The translations under genes were made by a program, and so were the position numbers. A stretch of DNA of 42,147 nt from a virus, in the IMG/VR virus record IMGVR_UViG_3300026270_000002. The stretch is one strand, 5' to 3'. The notes beneath the pieces were generated by a model. That model saw nothing but the letters and a program-made list of their open reading frames with translations. It was not told the origin of the DNA and searched no databases. Position 1 is the first letter of the stretch, and each line of letters starts with the position of its first letter. Below, piece by piece: positions 13,096 to 21,208 of the stretch.

Positions 13096-14046
13096 AATTA
13101 TTAGATTTGCTGCTTTAACTGAATTGCTAAATACCTTCATCAAAGCTTGACTAGGGTTCTTAGCATTCTTAACAGACTTAGCCCAGCTAGAGATGTAAGC
13201 TGCATGGTTTTTAGTATTACAAGTAATCTGGAGCCTTTTTGCTACCAGTACGCTTGTAAATTCTGCACAACACTCTTCAAGTCCACGATAGGTTGAATAG
13301 TTGTTTAACCACTTACGATTAAGACGATCTTTATGTCCTGTCGAATGGGCAAATTCGTGACTCAGCGTAGATAAATACTCTTGGTCATCAATGAAAGAGT
13401 CTCTCTCAGGCATTACTACATGATCCAACTGATCCTGATAGTATGCTTGATCACCTCCATGAATTAAGCCACCTTTAAGATCTTTTGCATAGATCATTAA
13501 GCGGTCATGGGCGGCCTTGCATCTCTCATCTAGTGGTCTTGTTTCCTTGTCGCATTCTGCTTGAAAATCAGCAATTGCTTTATCAAGTTTTGCTTGACCT
13601 TTTTCATCAAGTCCGACTAGGTCTTGAATATTAAAAACGGATGCACCCTTGAAAGTTAATTTCATGTAAAAGTCAGGATTACCTGCTTTATCTAATTTGG
13701 GAGAGCCATCCTCATTTTTAAGATCAATCTTAATTAAATTTGGCCTTAAAATTTTTGCTGCTTTACTACCCTTTTTAGGGATGCAATTTAGCTCTTTTTT
13801 GGCCTGACCAAATCCGCACCACATAGGGAGTGAATGACCTCTTAAGGTCATGTACATTTGTAGGATGATTGGATTTGCACCAGTATAAGAATTACCAGTA
13901 AGGAAATTATGTTGACCTTTAGACTCTGTATTTGTCCAAGGCTTAGACCAGCAAGTATCTAATCTGCCAGAATCAAATAATTCCATAAAGTCAGCTAAAA
14001 TTTGGTCTTCAATTTTAACCGCTGGTTTTTTTGGTGTGAAAGTCAT
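13084..14046 (-). CDS. ardC: ArdC-like antirestriction protein (DUF1738 ssDNA-binding N-domain plus zincin metalloprotease C-domain)
   Basis: The N-domain pattern is WSKPW..NFLTGNSYTGANPIIL..MWCGFGQAKK. The C-domain carries HEFAHSTGH (HExxH) followed by ...EECCAEF. Confidence 0.8.
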   Translation of the reverse strand: MTFTPKKPAVKIEDQILADFMELFDSGRLDTCWSKPWTNTESKGQHNFLTGNSYTGANPIILQMYMTLRGHSLPMWCGFGQAKKELNCIPKKGSKAAKILRPNLIKIDLKNEDGSPKLDKAGNPDFYMKLTFKGASVFNIQDLVGLDEKGQAKLDKAIADFQAECDKETRPLDERCKAAHDRLMIYAKDLKGGLIHGGDQAYYQDQLDHVVMPERDSFIDDQEYLSTLSHEFAHSTGHKDRLNRKWLNNYSTYRGLEECCAEFTSVLVAKRLQITCNTKNHAAYISSWAKSVKNAKNPSQALMKVFSNSVKAANLIIGEQ

Positions 14047-14053
14047 TGTTTTA

Positions 14054-14081
14054 GTTAATAGAAATTAGTTAAAGAACAATT
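14054..14081 (-). repeat. Conserved 5' leader element, copy B (minus strand AATTGTTCTTTAACTAATTTCTATTAAC)
   Basis: Matches 12149-12175. It lies 7 nt upstream of the ArdC-like ATG at 14046. Confidence 0.6.
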
Positions 14082-14144
14082 TTTGGGTGAAGTTAGAGAA
14101 CTTCATAGAGGTATTTAAACCTCTAAGAAATCATCAGGTTGTAA

Positions 14145-14444
14145 TTAATCACCTAAATATGCGTCAAGTAATTCTTTGTACTCGACAGAACCTTCTACAA
14201 GTTGTTTAGGAGTAATTGCAGATACTGTTGAGCTAGACATAAAAGCATTAATAAATGCGTCTTTGTTAGCTTTGCCTTTAACATCCCTGTAATCAACTCC
14301 AAGCATTAAATCAGCAAATACTATAAAAGCACGTTTGCCTTCTGCTTTAGTACGCTTAAGCAATCTTGCATAAGTACCAGCATGAGTCATAAACCATAAA
14401 CTAGCTTGGTTTTGGATTTCGGCAGGGGTGAAAGTTTCGTTCAT
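14145..14444 (-). CDS. Hypothetical protein (99 aa), first gene of the leftward early block
   Basis: ORF-track entry. No family recognised. Confidence 0.55.
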   Translation of the reverse strand: MNETFTPAEIQNQASLWFMTHAGTYARLLKRTKAEGKRAFIVFADLMLGVDYRDVKGKANKDAFINAFMSSSTVSAITPKQLVEGSVEYKELLDAYLGD

Positions 14445-14473
14445 TGTTATTAGAAAATAGTAATGTACTTTTA

Positions 14474-14503
14474 TAGTGTTGCAATAAGTTGGTCATATGT
14501 CAA
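14474..14503 (-). promoter_or_regulatory. Candidate leftward early promoter with an inverted copy of the operator-like motif
   Basis: The minus strand reads TTGACA (14503-14498), a 17-nt spacer, then AACACT (14480-14475). The minus strand at 14485-14474 reads ATTGCAACACTA, sharing the 9-mer TGCAACACT with the two 12-mers. Confidence 0.3.
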
Positions 14504-14594
14504 GTAAAAAATTGAACGCATCGGGAAATTGTTATAAAAAACATTGCAAAAACTAATATAATTTTATATATTACAAATAATTATTTATTGGTTA

Positions 14595-14873
14595 ATGCCT
14601 TCTATTACTCAAGTAACAAGGAAGTATCTGGAGGTAAACGAACTAGGAAGAAGAATTAACTCTTCTCATCCTAATTGCTCAGTCTCTCAAGAGATTGTGG
14701 ATTCAATCCGTTTACTTAGAGAAACTCTAGGCTTGAGTTATTCAGCATTATCAATAATCTTTTCTTTACCGAGGGAAACTTGTGGGAAGTACTGCCGTTA
14801 CGAGATTAGATCGCAAACAGGCGATAGATGGAAAACCGTTTACGAAACCAAGACTTTCAAAAGGGAAACTTAA
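14595..14873 (+). CDS. Hypothetical HTH-like protein at the head of the rightward block
   Basis: ORF-track entry. The segment LGLSYSALSIIFSLPRETCGKY looks HTH-like. It overlaps the terS ORF by 92 nt in another frame, so one of the two boundaries is uncertain. Confidence 0.4.
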   Translation: MPSITQVTRKYLEVNELGRRINSSHPNCSVSQEIVDSIRLLRETLGLSYSALSIIFSLPRETCGKYCRYEIRSQTGDRWKTVYETKTFKRET

Positions 14874-15279
14874 TCAGGTAATCGTTGAAGAGGTGCTTCT
14901 TTGGGTGGCTTCTGGTGGAACTTTGAGGTCTTATTGTAGACAAGAAGGAAAGCCAGCATACACGACTATTTATAACTGGATGAACAGAAAGGATAATGAG
15001 GAATCTAAAGACTTCTTAGAGCGATTTGGAAAGGCTCGTGAGATGGGTGCAGATTATATAGCAGATGAGATTTTGGAGATGGTTGATGAAGCTCCTAGAT
15101 TGATAGGTGAAGATGATCCTAGAATTGATCCAGCATGGGTTAATCTCACTCGTCTTAGGTGTGATCTTAGACTAAGACTGCTTGCTAAATGGTATCCCCA
15201 GAAATGGAGCGATAGGACAAACCTAGAACATTCTGGAGGGATATCTTTAACCGTTAGCACTGGAGTTCCTCAACAATAG
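14782..15279 (+). CDS. terS: Terminase small subunit
   Basis: VIVEEVLLWVASGGTLRSYCRQEGKPAYTTIYNWM (HTH), then RIDPAWVNLTRLRCDLRLRLLAKWYPQKW, a pattern typical of this TerS family. GTG start uncertain. Confidence 0.7.
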   Translation: MGSTAVTRLDRKQAIDGKPFTKPRLSKGKLNQVIVEEVLLWVASGGTLRSYCRQEGKPAYTTIYNWMNRKDNEESKDFLERFGKAREMGADYIADEILEMVDEAPRLIGEDDPRIDPAWVNLTRLRCDLRLRLLAKWYPQKWSDRTNLEHSGGISLTVSTGVPQQ

Positions 15280-15829
15280 GAACGCAGTCAAAGATAATGT
15301 GTATACGTTCTGTATCTCCCACGTTGTGGGCTGTATGTAGCTTCTTGTGATTAAACCACCAAACATCTCCTACCTCGAACCTCTGAAGCTCATTACCGCA
15401 AGTCTGAAAGCAATGTTGATTTGATTTAAGAACAAGATGGAATCTTTGGTAGTGATCAGCATATGTTCCCTGATCATTGTGCTTTGTTACATGACCGCAA
15501 GGCTTGAGGTTAACAATCATTACCCTTCCCATCTCTTTAACTTGTAGCTGCTCCAGTATGGGTCGCATCAACGGAACTAAGGCAGGTTTCAAGTACTCCA
15601 TGCAAGGATAATCGTATGCTCCTGTATCCCACATAAGGTAATAAGCGGACATCTTCAATGCACCTCGGACATGGATAGTTTCGGTGTCTTTATGAGGTGA
15701 ACCTGTGAACTTCTGTCTTGTCTGTATCTCCTTCCATAACTCAGGCTTTGCGTCCAACAATTGGAGCAATGGTTCAACGTCTAACCCTTTGGCTATACGT
15801 CTAAAATTAGATGACTTTGTAGGGGTCAT
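15254..15829 (-). CDS. Aspartyl/asparaginyl beta-hydroxylase-like 2OG-Fe(II) cupin oxygenase
   Basis: LKPCGHVTKHND...RFHLVL...GDVWWFNHKKLHTAHN..ERIHIIFD shows an HxD...H metal triad in the arrangement typical of this family. Confidence 0.65.
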   Translation of the reverse strand: MTPTKSSNFRRIAKGLDVEPLLQLLDAKPELWKEIQTRQKFTGSPHKDTETIHVRGALKMSAYYLMWDTGAYDYPCMEYLKPALVPLMRPILEQLQVKEMGRVMIVNLKPCGHVTKHNDQGTYADHYQRFHLVLKSNQHCFQTCGNELQRFEVGDVWWFNHKKLHTAHNVGDTERIHIIFDCVPIVEELQC

Positions 15830-17132
15830 AATCGGTCTTCTGTGTGGCTGCTTTACGTCTTTTGATATAGATATCTTCTGGTTGTTTCTTGGCTACTGGA
15901 AGAGCAAATGTAAGGGCTAGTGCATCAGCTAGATCAGGTGACCCTGCACCCTGCAATCTCTTCTTAATCTGATCCTTAGACTCAAGTACTCGTCTACCCA
16001 CATTGTCGTACCAATAAATGGGTGTAGCTAACTCTTGTTTAAGGGCTATGTCGTTAGGTATTGCACCTCCTTCTTCTATCCATTGTTTCATTAACCACCA
16101 CATCTCAGATCTACGGTTGATGTACTGGTCAGGTTTCATAGCCTTACCACCAAAAGGAATCTCTATAACGTCATATGAAAGTTGGCGTAACCTATCAATA
16201 ACACCACTCCCTGCCCCTGCGTCACAAAAGACAGCATCTGGGTCATGCTCTTCAATTAGGTTAGCCACTCTTGTAGCTAGTTCCATATTGTCTATTCCTC
16301 GGTAGACTACAGGCTTAAAAGCTTGTCTTCCCTGCCTACGAAATATGACAGAGCGATCATCACCAAAACGAGCAGGGTCGATACCAAGAATTACAGGTGA
16401 TAGCTTTACATGATCAGCTTGATATACACGTTTAGCTGCATCTTCGGTATCTGCCAAAGCTATTAACTGGTCATCACCTTGTGCTGAGAAGTCACATAGA
16501 TATTCCCTAGCAAATGAAGTCTCACTCATATCACGTTTAAGACGAGTTACCTCATTAGGATGTAGAGAATCTGTGTCATAAACGGTATATCTAGCAGCAG
16601 TCCAATCTTCCTCGTTTATTGCTTTGTAGTACAACTCAGAAAACAAGTTAATGCCACTAGGTGTACCGATAAATATCGACCAACCAAGACGGTCAGAAAG
16701 TGCAGGTTGAACTATATCTGTCCATAGTTCGTTTTTTAGCTGTGCAACCTCGTCCATAACTATGCCATCTAGACGTAGACCACGCATAGCATCAGGATTA
16801 TCACCACCAAACAGCCTAATTATTGCACCGTTATGTTTAAATTTTATAGATAATTCACCTTCATTTATTTCTATAGCTGATCTTTGTCTTAATGGCTCTA
16901 TTTTTTGTTTTAATCTAGCCCATGCAATAGCTTTTGCTTGGCGAAGAAAGGGAGCAACATAAACAAACATAGACAATTCCTTGTCTGTTTTCATAGCTTT
17001 GTCTATTAGTTCCATAATTGCGAGTTCAGTTTTACCAGAACGTCTATGCAAAGCGTAAACACTAAACCTTTTCTTGTTTATATGACACTGTCTTTGCCAT
17101 TCACGAGCCGTATAGTCAAGACTTACTTGCAT
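15807..17132 (-). CDS. terL: Terminase large subunit
   Basis: Walker A HRRSGKTE and Walker B IVMDEVA. Nuclease motifs GIDPARFGDDRSV, DAGAGSGVIDRL and SPDLADALALTF. Confidence 0.9.
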   Translation of the reverse strand: MQVSLDYTAREWQRQCHINKKRFSVYALHRRSGKTELAIMELIDKAMKTDKELSMFVYVAPFLRQAKAIAWARLKQKIEPLRQRSAIEINEGELSIKFKHNGAIIRLFGGDNPDAMRGLRLDGIVMDEVAQLKNELWTDIVQPALSDRLGWSIFIGTPSGINLFSELYYKAINEEDWTAARYTVYDTDSLHPNEVTRLKRDMSETSFAREYLCDFSAQGDDQLIALADTEDAAKRVYQADHVKLSPVILGIDPARFGDDRSVIFRRQGRQAFKPVVYRGIDNMELATRVANLIEEHDPDAVFCDAGAGSGVIDRLRQLSYDVIEIPFGGKAMKPDQYINRRSEMWWLMKQWIEEGGAIPNDIALKQELATPIYWYDNVGRRVLESKDQIKKRLQGAGSPDLADALALTFALPVAKKQPEDIYIKRRKAATQKTDYDPYKVI

Positions 17133-17177
17133 TAATTAAAATTAATTCCAATAATAGTTATATATATTATATCTTTT

Positions 17178-17687
17178 ATGACTAGTGTGACCGTAACTGC
17201 TGATAGTACAGCTACTGTTAACGAAAGTAGAGTACCTAAAACAGAAATTAGACTCTGCACGTTAGATGAATTTAAGGTATTAGCAGAACCATTGTTTCAA
17301 GAGCATTACGAAGAGATTGCTCGCAACAAACAAGTAATGAAGCTAAAACCAAACTGGCCGATGTATGAAGCAGTCGACCACGGAAAATTCCTATTTATTT
17401 ATCTAGCAATGCAAGGTGATGTCTGTATTGGTTATTCTATGAATATCATCATGCATCATTTTCATTATGCTGATCTAAGAGTTACCCAGAATGACGTTTT
17501 GTTTGTCAAAAAAGAGTTTAGGGGTGGACGATTAGGTTTGCGTTTATTGAAAGTTACAGAAGATCACGCAAGATCTGAAGGCTGCAAATTGATGTTATGG
17601 CATGCTAAAGAGAACACCGCTTTGGCTAAACTGCTACCAAAACTAAAATATGGTGTACAAGAAATCATGTATTCTAAGGAGATTTAA
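17178..17687 (+). CDS. GNAT-family N-acetyltransferase
   Basis: The acetyl-CoA-binding pattern FVKKEFRGGRLGLRLL (Q/RxxGxG/A type) lies in a 169-aa ORF. The start is uncertain because the 12-mer motif occupies codons 3-7. Confidence 0.65.
   Translation: MTSVTVTADSTATVNESRVPKTEIRLCTLDEFKVLAEPLFQEHYEEIARNKQVMKLKPNWPMYEAVDHGKFLFIYLAMQGDVCIGYSMNIIMHHFHYADLRVTQNDVLFVKKEFRGGRLGLRLLKVTEDHARSEGCKLMLWHAKENTALAKLLPKLKYGVQEIMYSKEI
17185..17196 (+). promoter_or_regulatory. GTGTGACCGTAA motif, copy 1 (terL / late-block divergent region)
   Basis: Exact 12-mer. On the minus strand a perfect TATAAT (17171-17166) lies 13 nt from it, ahead of terL. There is no TAGATA box at the +24 offset on the plus strand. 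Confidence 0.5.
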
Positions 17688-17690
17688 ACA

Positions 17691-18014
17691 ATGGTAGTAT
17701 CAGCAGTTGTTCTCGGTGCAGCGAGCGTTGGATATCAAATATATTCTGGTGAAAAGCAAAGGCAACAACAAAAGAAACAGTTAAGGTTGCAAGAACAAGC
17801 AAATAGAGATGCTAAACAAAGGGCGAAAGAAGCATCTGACCGTGCTGATATTGAGATGAACAAAGCCAATAGAAAGAGGGCTGATGTTAGTGCATTAACT
17901 AGAAAAGAAGAACAAGCAGCAATGTCAGGACCTGCTGGAACATTACTTACTGGTGTACAAGGTGTAGATAGTAGTCAATTGAATCTTGGTGGTAACACTT
18001 TATTGGGTGGTTAA
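17691..18014 (+). CDS. Small head-module protein (N-terminal TM-like helix, coiled coil, Gly/Leu-rich tail)
   Basis: MVVSAVVLGAASVGYQIY..., a basic coiled coil, then ...GTLLTGVQGVD..LGGNTLLGG. It lies immediately upstream of the portal gene. No named family recognised. Confidence 0.55.
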   Translation: MVVSAVVLGAASVGYQIYSGEKQRQQQKKQLRLQEQANRDAKQRAKEASDRADIEMNKANRKRADVSALTRKEEQAAMSGPAGTLLTGVQGVDSSQLNLGGNTLLGG

Positions 18015-18017
18015 TCA

Positions 18018-19697
18018 ATGAAAACAAAACGTGCAGACTTGTTAACAAGGTGGGGTCACCTTAGATCAGAAAGAGCTACATGGTGGTCACATTGGCAAGA
18101 AGTAACAACATATTTGTTACCTAGAAATGGACGTTATTTTGAGCAAGATAGGAATAAAGGTCATAGAAGACATAACTCGATATACGACAACACTGGTACA
18201 AGAGCGTTAAGAACATTAGGTGCAGGTATGATGGCAGGTGCAACATCCCCTGCAAGACCTTGGTTTAGGCTAGGAACGGCTGATCCAGACTTAAATAGGT
18301 ACGCACCTGTTAAGTTATGGCTTAATGACGTTACAGAACGTATGCAATTAGTGTTTCAGAAGTCTAATACATACCGCACATTACATGGAATATACGAAGA
18401 ATTAGGAGCATTTGGTACAGCAGGTTCTATTGTTTTGCCTGATCCTAAAACAGCCATACATCATTACCCTGTAACTGTTGGCGAATATGCAATAGCTACT
18501 GATTATCAAGGTAGAGTTAATACTTTGTATAGAGAATTTCAAAAAACTGTAGGGGAAACAGTAAGAGAATTTGGGTATAAGCAATGTTCAACGTCCGTTA
18601 AAAATCTGTATGACAGAGGTTCATTAGATCAATGGATAACTATTATTCATGCGATAGAACCAAGAGATGATAGAGAACGTGATTTTAAGAAGAAGGACAA
18701 TATGAACATGGCATACAAATCTTGTTATTTTGAACAAGGTGGTGATGGCGAAGATGTACTTAGAGAAAGTGGATATAAGGAATTCCCTGCTGTTGTACCT
18801 AGATGGGGCATAGCAGGTGGCGATATTTATGGTAATTCACCCGGAATGGAAGCATTAGGTGACATAAAACAGCTACAACATGAACAATTACGCAAGGCAC
18901 AAGGCATTGATTACCAAACAAAGCCACCATTACAAGTGCCTAGCTACATGAAAAACAGAGATGTAGATAGTTTGCCGGGTGGAGTTACGTTTATTGATGG
19001 TCAGCAAGGCAAAATTGAGACAGCGTTTAACGTAAATCTTAATTTAAATCATTTATTGGCAGACATACAAGACGTAAGACAGCGTATTAATAGTAGTTTT
19101 TATGCTGATTTGTTTTTAATGTTGGCAAATGCTACCGATACAAGGATGACTGCAACAGAGGTAGCAGAACGTCATGAAGAAAAATTGTTAATGTTAGGTC
19201 CAGTATTAGAAAGATTGCATAACGAATTGCTTGATCCGTTAATTGATAACACATTTAATAGGATGATTGAAGCAAATTTAGTGCCACCTGCACCAGAAGA
19301 GTTGCAAGGTATGGAATTAAACGTAGAATTTGTATCTATGTTGGCACAAGCACAACGCGCTATCGGTACAAATAGCATTGATAGATATGTAAATAACATG
19401 GGTATGGTTGCACAAATGAAACCTGATGTATTAGATAAGTTTGATTCTGATGCGTGGGCCGATGGATATGCCGATATGTTAGGCGTAGATCCTAAATTAG
19501 TAGTTGCTGGCGAAAAAGTAGCTAAGATACGACAAGCAAGAGCAGAACAACAACAGGCAATGGCACAACAAGAAGCACAACAACAAGCAGTAGAGAATGC
19601 AACTAAATTAAATAACAGTAAAACTGGTGAACCATCTATGCTGGACATGATGAACCAGTTTAGTGGTTACAACTCACCATCACCATTGGAGGTATAA
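18018..19697 (+). CDS. Portal protein (T7 gp8-type head-to-tail connector)
   Basis: LLTRWGHLRSERATWWSHWQEVTTYLLPRNGRYF...SPARPWFRLG is characteristic of this portal family. Size is 559 aa. Confidence 0.9.
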   Translation: MKTKRADLLTRWGHLRSERATWWSHWQEVTTYLLPRNGRYFEQDRNKGHRRHNSIYDNTGTRALRTLGAGMMAGATSPARPWFRLGTADPDLNRYAPVKLWLNDVTERMQLVFQKSNTYRTLHGIYEELGAFGTAGSIVLPDPKTAIHHYPVTVGEYAIATDYQGRVNTLYREFQKTVGETVREFGYKQCSTSVKNLYDRGSLDQWITIIHAIEPRDDRERDFKKKDNMNMAYKSCYFEQGGDGEDVLRESGYKEFPAVVPRWGIAGGDIYGNSPGMEALGDIKQLQHEQLRKAQGIDYQTKPPLQVPSYMKNRDVDSLPGGVTFIDGQQGKIETAFNVNLNLNHLLADIQDVRQRINSSFYADLFLMLANATDTRMTATEVAERHEEKLLMLGPVLERLHNELLDPLIDNTFNRMIEANLVPPAPEELQGMELNVEFVSMLAQAQRAIGTNSIDRYVNNMGMVAQMKPDVLDKFDSDAWADGYADMLGVDPKLVVAGEKVAKIRQARAEQQQAMAQQEAQQQAVENATKLNNSKTGEPSMLDMMNQFSGYNSPSPLEV

Positions 19698-19859
19698 ATG
19701 GGAAAAAGAAACATCACAACACCAGATAATATTAAATTTGGTGATTTGTCAGCAGAAGCACGAATGAAAATTTTAAAAATGAGAGAAAAAAAAGCAAAAG
19801 AAGAAGAAGAAAAAAAATTAAAAAAATTATATAATAAATCAAATATGGGAGGTAAGTAA
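19698..19859 (+). CDS. Small Lys-rich protein (53 aa), missed by the ORF track
   Basis: My translation: MGKRNITTPDNIKFGDLSAEARMKILKMREKKAKEEEEKKLKKLYNKSNMGGK*. The ATG directly follows the portal stop. Confidence 0.5.
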   Translation: MGKRNITTPDNIKFGDLSAEARMKILKMREKKAKEEEEKKLKKLYNKSNMGGK

Positions 19860-20008
19860 TGGCTGAGAAAAAAAAAGATGGCACTATCAAAAGAATACAA
19901 ATGAAAGATATTCAACTTATAAAAACGAAAATAGCAACAGATTCAGCAACAGAAAAAGATAAAGAAAAATTAGAAATGTATAAAAAACTTTATCCTTCAA
20001 TGTTTTAA
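19859..20008 (+). CDS. Small Lys-rich protein (49 aa), missed by the ORF track
   Basis: My translation: MAEKKKDGTIKRIQMKDIQLIKTKIATDSATEKDKEKLEMYKKLYPSMF*. Its start overlaps the upstream stop (TAATG). Confidence 0.5.
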   Translation: MAEKKKDGTIKRIQMKDIQLIKTKIATDSATEKDKEKLEMYKKLYPSMF

Positions 20009-20010
20009 TT

Positions 20011-20154
20011 ATGAAAAATCAAGGATTATGGGCAAACATCCACGCCAAGCGAAAAAGAATTAAAGCAGGTTCTGGTGAAAAGATGCGTAAGCCGGGTTCA
20101 AAAGGAGCACCAACAGCCAAAGCATTAAAAGATAGTCAAAGCAAAAAGGCATAA
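20011..20154 (+). CDS. Small basic protein (47 aa) with a GLWANIHAKRKRIKAGSGEKMRKPG motif, missed by the ORF track
   Basis: My translation: MKNQGLWANIHAKRKRIKAGSGEKMRKPGSKGAPTAKALKDSQSKKA*. As I recall, the motif recurs in small proteins of marine phages. Not searched. Confidence 0.55.
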   Translation: MKNQGLWANIHAKRKRIKAGSGEKMRKPGSKGAPTAKALKDSQSKKA

Positions 20155-20155
20155 G

Positions 20156-20186
20156 GTGTGACCGTAACCCAGTTATGACTAGATAT
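20156..20186 (+). promoter_or_regulatory. GTGTGACCGTAA motif, copy 2, plus TAGATAT box (candidate late promoter)
   Basis: Exact 12-mer at 20156-20167, 2 nt after the upstream stop. TAGATAT starts 24 nt after the motif start. The next ATG is at 20195, so the mRNA would be nearly leaderless. Confidence 0.55.
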
Positions 20187-20194
20187 ATTGATGT

Positions 20195-20539
20195 ATGAGT
20201 GAATACAATCCTCTCGACCTCAAGAGTCAACAAAAAACCAAAGACAATAAAAAGTCTGAGGAAAGAATTGACCGCCAAAATGAAGAGTCGGACATCAAAT
20301 GGCTGATGAGCAGCAAGAGGGGTCGCAGATTAATCTGGAGACTTCTGGAAAAAGCAGGTGTTTACCGATCATCGTTTAACACTAACGCAATGGCAATGTC
20401 ATTTAGCGAAGGTAACAGAAACTATGGTTTGCAAATACTAAACTTAATTCACACTCTCTGCCCAGAGTTATACCCGACAATGATTAAGGAGCAAAAAAAT
20501 GTCAGAAACGCTGATGACGGAAGCCGATCAAACCAATGA
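20195..20539 (+). CDS. Bbp19-like head-module protein
   Basis: From memory, GRRLIWRLLEKAGVYRSSFNTNAMAMSFSEGNRNYGLQILNLIHTLCPELYPTMIKEQ matches the Bbp19-family pattern. Confidence 0.65.
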   Translation: MSEYNPLDLKSQQKTKDNKKSEERIDRQNEESDIKWLMSSKRGRRLIWRLLEKAGVYRSSFNTNAMAMSFSEGNRNYGLQILNLIHTLCPELYPTMIKEQKNVRNADDGSRSNQ

Positions 20540-21197
20540 AGGCAGCACACAGCAACCAGTAGAAGAAGCAAAAACCGAGCAATCGGCTGAAGCAACTAAT
20601 ACTGAAGAAACACAGCAACAAGCTGAAACCGTAGCAGATCAGCAAGATTCGGATGAATCCTCTGCTGAAAGTGAAACTAGCGAACAGGAACCCGAAAAAG
20701 AAGGTGCTCCTGAGAAATACGAGTTCAACGATAAGGTGGCTGACGCACCAGAAGTACTCGACCCCGAAGTCTTAACTGCATTCGGTGAAGTCGCTAAAGA
20801 ACTTGACCTGCCACAAGAAGCTGCACAAAAGGTATTAGACAAAGTCGCACCTGTAATACAGGCGAGACAAGCAGCACAGGTTGAACAAGCAAGGACAGAA
20901 TGGGCAGAAAGTTCAAAATCAGATGATGAATTTGGTGGAGAAAACTTAGATGCCAATCTTGAAGTTGCTAAAACAGCCCTTGATGCGTTTGGTACTGATC
21001 CTTTAAAACAGTTGCTGTCAGAATCAGGCTTGGGAAATCATCCCGAAGTAATTCGGTTTATGTACCGAGCGGGTAAGGCAATTAGTGAAGACAGTTATGT
21101 TGGTAATTCACAAGGAGCAAATGCACAAGGCAGTAAAGTTCCTAAAGATTTTAACGGCATAGCTAACGCACTATATTCAAATCAGCAAAACAAGTAA
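20499..21197 (+). CDS. Scaffolding protein (acidic, helical)
   Basis: AAGGAG lies upstream of the ATG at 20499. Highly acidic N-terminus, helical body, and a position directly upstream of the major capsid gene. Confidence 0.6.
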   Translation: MSETLMTEADQTNEGSTQQPVEEAKTEQSAEATNTEETQQQAETVADQQDSDESSAESETSEQEPEKEGAPEKYEFNDKVADAPEVLDPEVLTAFGEVAKELDLPQEAAQKVLDKVAPVIQARQAAQVEQARTEWAESSKSDDEFGGENLDANLEVAKTALDAFGTDPLKQLLSESGLGNHPEVIRFMYRAGKAISEDSYVGNSQGANAQGSKVPKDFNGIANALYSNQQNK

Positions 21198-21208
21198 GGA
21201 GTTATTAA

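Noticed and set aside
14107-14124. Perfect 6-bp hairpin AGAGGT-atttaa-ACCTCT after the 99-aa early gene
   Set aside because: No U-tract follows on the transcribed (minus) strand and the stem is short. Not called as a terminator.
14595-15279. Possible programmed frameshift fusing ORF 14595-14873 to terS, given their 92-nt overlap
   Set aside because: No slippery heptamer or downstream structure was noticed in the overlap. terS has a plausible GTG start and a family-typical N-terminus on its own.
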